Source: an uncultured delta proteobacterium
GTDB lineage: Bacteria; Desulfobacterota; Binatia; Binatales; Binataceae
DNA length: 64,000 nucleotides
Direction: 5' to 3'
NCBI GenBank assembly: GCA_963711565.1
Contig: CAVQEQ010000003.1
Span: forward strand, 1-64,000
The notes beneath the pieces are model-generated. The model searched no databases. It was not told where the DNA came from and saw only the letters and a program-made list of their open reading frames with translations. Of the stretch, positions 59,126 to 64,000 are shown piece after piece. The position numbers and the translations under genes were made by a program. Numbering within the stretch: position 1 is the stretch's first letter; the number at the start of each line of letters is the position of its first letter.

Positions 59126-60226
59126 ATGCGATACTTCAAGTTTGCTGTTTTGGGCGTTGCGGCGCTTTTCCTGGCCGCCCACGCCGCGGCGCAGCAGACT
59201 TCCGTTACAACATCGCCGGGAGTGCCGCCCGATTTTACTGAGAGCGCCAAGCAGCGCGTGAACTATTATCGCGCGATGGCGAACTTGCCGCCGATCGTCG
59301 AGGACGCCGCAATCAGCGCCGGCGCGCTAAATCACGCGCGCTACCTGGTAAAGAATGGAATCGCCGGCGGCGACATCATCCTCGACAATGGACAACTGCG
59401 TTCTCAGGCTCCGCAGGACGCCTTCCGATGGGAGGACAAAAGCAGGCCATTCTTCACCAACGACGGCGCGTCGGCCGGCAGATACGCCTCCGTCGTGACG
59501 GCGCGGGAGATCAACTTGAGTGGCGCCGACTTCGTGGATCTCTTGATGACGATGCCGTTCAGAGGACTGGATCCGATGGTGCCGCAGTTCTCGGTCGCCG
59601 GACTCGGCGCATACTGCGACCCGGGCCTGTGCGCGATCGTGATCCCGTATCGCTTCGCCCTGGAGAAGACTGAACGCATCGCGCTCTACGACGGACCGGC
59701 AAGCGACCGATTCTGGAATCCGAACCTCGGGCTCATTCCGATGGAGATCGGCCGGCTGCGCTCGCCCGTCGAATTTCCGCCCGACGGCGCCACCGTCAAC
59801 CTGCAATCGTTCGCCGGCGAGGATTATCCAGATCCGTTGTCGTCATGTCCCGGCTACAAACCTCCGACCGGCGCTCCGATCTCGATTCAACTTGGACAAG
59901 GTTACGGCCCCGACGGCAGCCTCGAAGTCTCATCGGTCCTCGTCATGCGTGACGGCGCCGAAATCGACACGTGCCTGATCACTGCGTCGTCGTACATCGG
60001 GCGCAACGATTCGCAAACACAGATCGGCAAGACCGGCCTCGCAAGCCTCGGCGCGGCTGTGATTCTGCCCCGCGAGCCGCTCGCGCCTGGGCATTACAAG
60101 GTCGCGTTGAAGGAAGCCGACAAGCTCTATCAGTGGGGTTTTACGGTTGTGGCGCCGGCGCGTCAGGCGGCGGCAGTACCTGCGAGTCCGCCGCCGGCTA
60201 GTCGATCGCAGCCGATGACCTGGTAG
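59126..60226 (+). CDS. Exported CAP (SCP)-domain-like protein
   Basis: Signal peptide; RVNYYRAMANLPP...GALNHARYL CAP pattern; C-terminal beta domain ending ILPREPLAPGHYKV..WGFTV. Confidence 0.7.
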   Translation: MRYFKFAVLGVAALFLAAHAAAQQTSVTTSPGVPPDFTESAKQRVNYYRAMANLPPIVEDAAISAGALNHARYLVKNGIAGGDIILDNGQLRSQAPQDAFRWEDKSRPFFTNDGASAGRYASVVTAREINLSGADFVDLLMTMPFRGLDPMVPQFSVAGLGAYCDPGLCAIVIPYRFALEKTERIALYDGPASDRFWNPNLGLIPMEIGRLRSPVEFPPDGATVNLQSFAGEDYPDPLSSCPGYKPPTGAPISIQLGQGYGPDGSLEVSSVLVMRDGAEIDTCLITASSYIGRNDSQTQIGKTGLASLGAAVILPREPLAPGHYKVALKEADKLYQWGFTVVAPARQAAAVPASPPPASRSQPMTW

Positions 60227-61457
60227 CTGCGGGTTCGAATCGCGTCAGCGGAATCAACAGCGCAAAAGACGCCAGCGCGACCACAAATGCGGCGGCAATC
60301 GCGACGCGGTAGCTGCCGGTGCGATCGATGATCAATCCCACCAGCGGAGGACCAGCCATCGCGCCAATTCCACCGCTGGTGTAGAGCACGCCGAGCAGCG
60401 AGCCCATCCGCTGAGTGCCAAACAGATGAGCAATCACGGCGGGTGAGAGCGCGACATAGCCGCCGTAGCCCGCGCCCATCACTAGTGCGAACGCCACCAT
60501 CATTGGATATGAAGCCGCGATCAGCCAAAGGCCGTAGCTGAGCGCGAGCACCAGAAAGCTGGCCTGGTAGAGGCGCACCACTCCCACGCGATCGGCCAGG
60601 CTGCCCAAGCCCATGCGTCCCGCGACACTCGCGCCGCCGATGACGCCGACAAGCGCGGCGCTGGCAAACTCGCTCGCACCGTGGTCGCGCGCGAACGACG
60701 GCAAATAGACAAGCGGCACGAAGATCACTGTCGAGACCGTCACCGACGATGTGTAGAGAAAGGCGAAGGCTGGACTGCGAACCACGTCGGCGAGCCGGAC
60801 GCGCGACGGCGTCACGTGGACGGGAGGACGCTCGACGATCCACGCGCAGCCGAGCAGGATCGCCGTGGTCGCAATCGCAAACGCGACGTACGTCGCACGC
60901 CATCCGAGATGCGCGATCAAGGCGGCGGCGATCGGCGCGCCGCATACCGTGCCGAATCCGATTCCCGCCACTGCTATTCCAAGTGCGGTGTTGCGCCGCC
61001 GAAGGAACCATCCGCCGACCACCGCAACCATTGGAACGTATGCGCACGCGACTCCGACGCCGACGCCGAGTCCGTAACTCAGGTAGCCGAGCCAGAGACG
61101 ATCGATCACGGACGTCAGTGCGAGACCGAGTCCCATGAACAGCGCTCCCGTGGCGACTACGATTCGCGGGCCGAAGCGATCGGAGAGATGGCCGGTGATG
61201 GGACCGAGGCAGCACCAGATCAACACCGTGATCGAGAATACCGCCGAGGTCGCGCTGCGATCCGCGCCGAACTCCGCCGCCATCGGTTTGAAAAATGCGC
61301 CGAAGCTGTAGGCGACGCCGTACACCGCGCACATCGCGACGAATGCGGCCGCGACCATCCGCCACGCGCGCGGAGAATCGAACAGCTCGAGCGACGGGAT
61401 CGGCTCGCGCGATTCCGCCGCGCCGGATACTCCCGCGTCAGTGATGACGGCCCTCAT
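60198..61457 (-). CDS. MFS transporter (MCT/OFA-like)
   Basis: 12 TM pattern, [34 protein letters not shown]. Confidence 0.9.
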   Translation of the reverse strand: MRAVITDAGVSGAAESREPIPSLELFDSPRAWRMVAAAFVAMCAVYGVAYSFGAFFKPMAAEFGADRSATSAVFSITVLIWCCLGPITGHLSDRFGPRIVVATGALFMGLGLALTSVIDRLWLGYLSYGLGVGVGVACAYVPMVAVVGGWFLRRRNTALGIAVAGIGFGTVCGAPIAAALIAHLGWRATYVAFAIATTAILLGCAWIVERPPVHVTPSRVRLADVVRSPAFAFLYTSSVTVSTVIFVPLVYLPSFARDHGASEFASAALVGVIGGASVAGRMGLGSLADRVGVVRLYQASFLVLALSYGLWLIAASYPMMVAFALVMGAGYGGYVALSPAVIAHLFGTQRMGSLLGVLYTSGGIGAMAGPPLVGLIIDRTGSYRVAIAAAFVVALASFALLIPLTRFEPAATRSSAAID

Positions 61458-62328
61458 GCTCGAGCGCGACACGCGCCGCCTTCAGCTCTTTGCGCTTGGC
61501 GCGGTCGACGATCGGGTAGTGGAGATTCAAATCCTCGAGTGCGTCGACAATCGCGGCGGACACGACCAGGCGCGTGTACCATTTGTTGTCCGCGGGCACG
61601 ACGTACCAGGGCGCGTGCGGAGTCGCGGTGTGCTGGATCATTTCCTCATAGGCGATCATGTAGTCCGGCCAGTGCTCTCGTTCCGCAACGTCGGAGGCCG
61701 AAAATTTCCAGTTCTTGGCGGGCTCATCGAGTCGTTTCAGGAAGCGCTTCTTCTGTTCCTCTTTCGATAAGTTCAGAAAAAACTTGCGGATAACGACGCC
61801 GTTGCGCGACAGGTAATGCTCGTGCGCGTTGATATCGGCGAACCGTTCGTTCCAGATGTTCTTGGTGACCAGTGACGGCGGCATCCGTTCGCGCTCGAGC
61901 ATCTCCTTGTGCACGCGGACGATGAGCACCTCTTCGTAGTAGGAGCGGTTGAAGATTCCGATTCGGCCGCGCTCGGGGATGCACTTGTTGGCCCGCCACA
62001 TGTAGTCGTGATCGAGCTCCTCAACGGATGGCTGCTTGAAGGAGAAGACCTGACATCCCTGCGGATTGACCCCCGACATCACGTGCTTGATCGCGCCGTC
62101 CTTGCCGGCCGCATCCATCGCCTGGAAGATCAGAAGGATCGCCCACCGATCCTGCGCGTAGAGCTTGTCCTGCAAATCGCTCAGCTGCTCGACCCCGCGC
62201 GGCAATTCCTTTTCAGCGACCCTCTTCGATTTCACACCGCTGCTATCACCGGGATCGAAATCCTTCAGTCGAAACTTGCGGCCGTTGTCAACGCGATATC
62301 GTTTTGACAAATCCCTCGAGACTGACAT
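61438..62328 (-). CDS. ppk2: Polyphosphate kinase 2 family (class III-like)
   Basis: [39 protein letters not shown]. Confidence 0.93.
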   Translation of the reverse strand: MSVSRDLSKRYRVDNGRKFRLKDFDPGDSSGVKSKRVAEKELPRGVEQLSDLQDKLYAQDRWAILLIFQAMDAAGKDGAIKHVMSGVNPQGCQVFSFKQPSVEELDHDYMWRANKCIPERGRIGIFNRSYYEEVLIVRVHKEMLERERMPPSLVTKNIWNERFADINAHEHYLSRNGVVIRKFFLNLSKEEQKKRFLKRLDEPAKNWKFSASDVAEREHWPDYMIAYEEMIQHTATPHAPWYVVPADNKWYTRLVVSAAIVDALEDLNLHYPIVDRAKRKELKAARVALEHEGRHH

Positions 62329-62448
62329 CTTGGATGCGCCCTCCCGTTTGGTCCCGCTCGATCGTTACACTACGCCGCGCACAACAGTCGAGCGCAGCCG
62401 GGCGGCGCAACTTTCAATTCACAATCGATTTGCGATACTCCGTTTAGC

Positions 62449-62949
62449 ATGAAGATTAAAATTACCGCCCGGCCAATCCTCCCCGCCATCATACTCATGC
62501 TCGCGCTCGCAAACGGACCGGCGCTGGCTGGAACCGTGAACTGCGATTCATACGGTGGCGCGCGCAATACGTGCGGAGCGGACACCCGCAACGGTGTCGC
62601 ACTCGCGCACCAACTGAGCGGAGCCAAGTGCAAGATGGGAGTGAGCTGGGGCGTTCAGGACAACAACCGGATCTGGGTCGATCAAGGATGCCGCGGAATA
62701 TTCACTACCGGCGTGATGTGGTCGAACAACGGAGGAGGAGGTGGTGGCGGTGGCGGTGGCGGTCAGCGGTTGACGTGCGCGTCATACAGCAATCGCAGGA
62801 CCGAATGCCCCGCCAACACCGGCGGCCGAGTCAGCCTGACCCGCCAATGGAGCAACGCCCCCTGCATCCAGGGTATGAGCTGGGGCTACAACAACAGAAT
62901 GGTATGGGTAGATCGCGGCTGCCGCGCCGACTTCCAGTTCGGGAACTGA
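62449..62949 (+). CDS. Exported protein with two DUF3011-like repeats and a poly-Gly linker
   Basis: Two copies of C.S....R..C...V.L..Q.S...C..G.SWG....WVD.GCR..F. Confidence 0.85.
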   Translation: MKIKITARPILPAIILMLALANGPALAGTVNCDSYGGARNTCGADTRNGVALAHQLSGAKCKMGVSWGVQDNNRIWVDQGCRGIFTTGVMWSNNGGGGGGGGGGGQRLTCASYSNRRTECPANTGGRVSLTRQWSNAPCIQGMSWGYNNRMVWVDRGCRADFQFGN

Positions 62950-62950
62950 G

Positions 62951-63027
62951 TGGTGCGCCATGAGGGACTTGAACCCCCGACCTGATGATCCGTAGTCATC
63001 CGCTCTAATCCACTGAGCTAATGGCGC
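62951..63027 (-). tRNA. tRNA-Arg (anticodon ACG)
   Basis: Reverse complement GCGCCATTAGCTCAG...GATGA-CTACGGA-TCATC...GGTTCAAGTCC..ATGGCGCACCA. Confidence 0.95.
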
Positions 63028-63087
63028 ATCTGAACCCTAGAAATTTTCACATCGCGCGCCAGCGAGCAAGCCGCTTGCCTTTGACTC

Positions 63088-63174
63088 AACAAAACGGGCC
63101 AGCGGAGAGCAGTTTCCGCTGGCCCGTACTGACTGGTCTGGAGAAGTGACAAACCAGCCAGTTCTACTGTAGGT
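63088..63174 (-). ncRNA. Candidate small regulatory RNA (~85 nt)
   Basis: TGGACA-17-TATGAA promoter (63209-63181); 13-bp hairpin with two G-U pairs that form only on the minus strand; terminator hairpin with U tract. Confidence 0.55.
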
Positions 63175-63241
63175 AGCTGTTTCATACAAAAATGCCGCGC
63201 GTATGTCCACCCCTGAACGCTCTCAGGAGTGAGTAAGGGAA

Positions 63242-64000
63242 TCACCCCTGCGCGGCTGGAATCCAGACCGACACCGTCGTGCCTTCATGCACCTTGCTCT
63301 CGATCCGCAGCGCGCCGTGATGCAACTGCACGATATGCTTGACGATCGCCAGCCCCAGCCCGGTGCCGCCGAGCTCGCGCGAGCGTGCGCGATCGACGCG
63401 ATAGAATCGCTCCGTCAGACGCGGGATGTCCGCGGCTGGAATTCCCTCGCCCGTGTCCACGACCACCAGCGCGACGCCCGGCTTTGCCCCCGCGCCGTTG
63501 GACTCCGCGACTTCGCGCGCCTCTACGGTGACGCGCCCCTCGCGCGGCGTGTACTTGATCGCGTTGTCGATCAGATTGAGCATCACCTGGTGCAAGCGGT
63601 CGCGATCGCCGGCCACCTTCGGCAACCCCGGCGGGCAATTCACTTCGAGGCGCAGGCCACGCCGTCCCGCCTGCTCCTGCATCAGCTCAGCCGCTTCGGA
63701 CAGTACGCGCGACGGCTCGAGCTGCTCGATCTTGAGCGGCGTCAGCCCGCGCTCCAAATCCGAGAGCGAGACCAGGTCGTCGAGCAAGCGCGCGAGGCGT
63801 CGCGCCTGCCGCTCGATGATGCCGAGAAAGCGCGTCGAGGTCTCGCGATCGTCCACGCCTTGAATGAGAGTCTCGGCGTAGCCGTACAGTGCGCTCAGCG
63901 GCGTGCGCAACTCGTGCGTGAGATTCGAAATGAAATCGGCGCGCAGCGTCTCGTAAGACTTGAGCTGCGTGATGTCGTGAAAAACGAAGACCCACGCCGC
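63242..64000 (-). CDS. Sensor histidine kinase, PhoR-like (5' part outside the window)
   Basis: VFHDITQLKSYETLRADFISNLTHELRTPL H-box, NLIDNAIKY, DTGEGI, RFYRVDRARSRELGGTGLGLAIVKH. Confidence 0.9.
   Translation of the reverse strand, partial: AAWVFVFHDITQLKSYETLRADFISNLTHELRTPLSALYGYAETLIQGVDDRETSTRFLGIIERQARRLARLLDDLVSLSDLERGLTPLKIEQLEPSRVLSEAAELMQEQAGRRGLRLEVNCPPGLPKVAGDRDRLHQVMLNLIDNAIKYTPREGRVTVEAREVAESNGAGAKPGVALVVVDTGEGIPAADIPRLTERFYRVDRARSRELGGTGLGLAIVKHIVQLHHGALRIESKVHEGTTVSVWIPAAQG

Noticed and set aside
62731-62763. Poly-Gly GGN run as a contingency repeat
   Set aside because: Mixed codons, in frame; an ordinary flexible linker between two repeats
1-64000. CRISPR array, cas genes, transposases, integrases, prophage, rRNA
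   Set aside because: No regularly spaced repeats or such proteins were seen; the REP-like hairpins are too few and irregular to be an array

Overview
This is a gene-dense, high-GC chromosomal window from a diderm bacterium. The gene content (LLM/F420-type oxidoreductases, ferritin-like proteins, many exported Cys-rich hypotheticals) suggests a soil lineage such as Candidatus Binatota, which is inference only. Recognisable genes include an MdtABC-type RND efflux operon with its outer-membrane factor, a TonB-dependent receptor, a ROK/polyphosphate-glucokinase-like kinase, an NCS2 permease, ABC exporters, DsbA-like and OmpA-like proteins, an S9 peptidase, nadE, msrA, modABC, tal, ilvD, ppk2 and a PhoR-like kinase. 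It also has a RelE/HigA-type toxin-antitoxin pair, two GT-C glycosyltransferases and three tRNAs (Leu-TAG, Arg-CCT, Arg-ACG). The best candidates for undescribed biology are four. (1) An operon at 17216-20047 encodes an SCP2-like protein and two paralogous ferritin-like proteins; one keeps all six di-iron ligands and the other has lost all six, the alpha/beta logic of multicomponent di-iron oxygenases. (2) A His-rich leader ORF ending in an RPPP arrest-like motif, followed by a perfect 38-bp palindrome, lies ahead of the TonB-dependent receptor and may be a metal-sensing translational attenuator. (3) A probable ~85-nt small RNA at ~63088-63174 has its own promoter, CU-rich loops and a terminator. 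(4) An IHF site plus arm-type repeats abuts tRNA-Arg(CCT) and looks like an att scar. Two genes carry single-base frameshifts in G runs, possibly sequencing errors. All calls are by eye; no database search was run.
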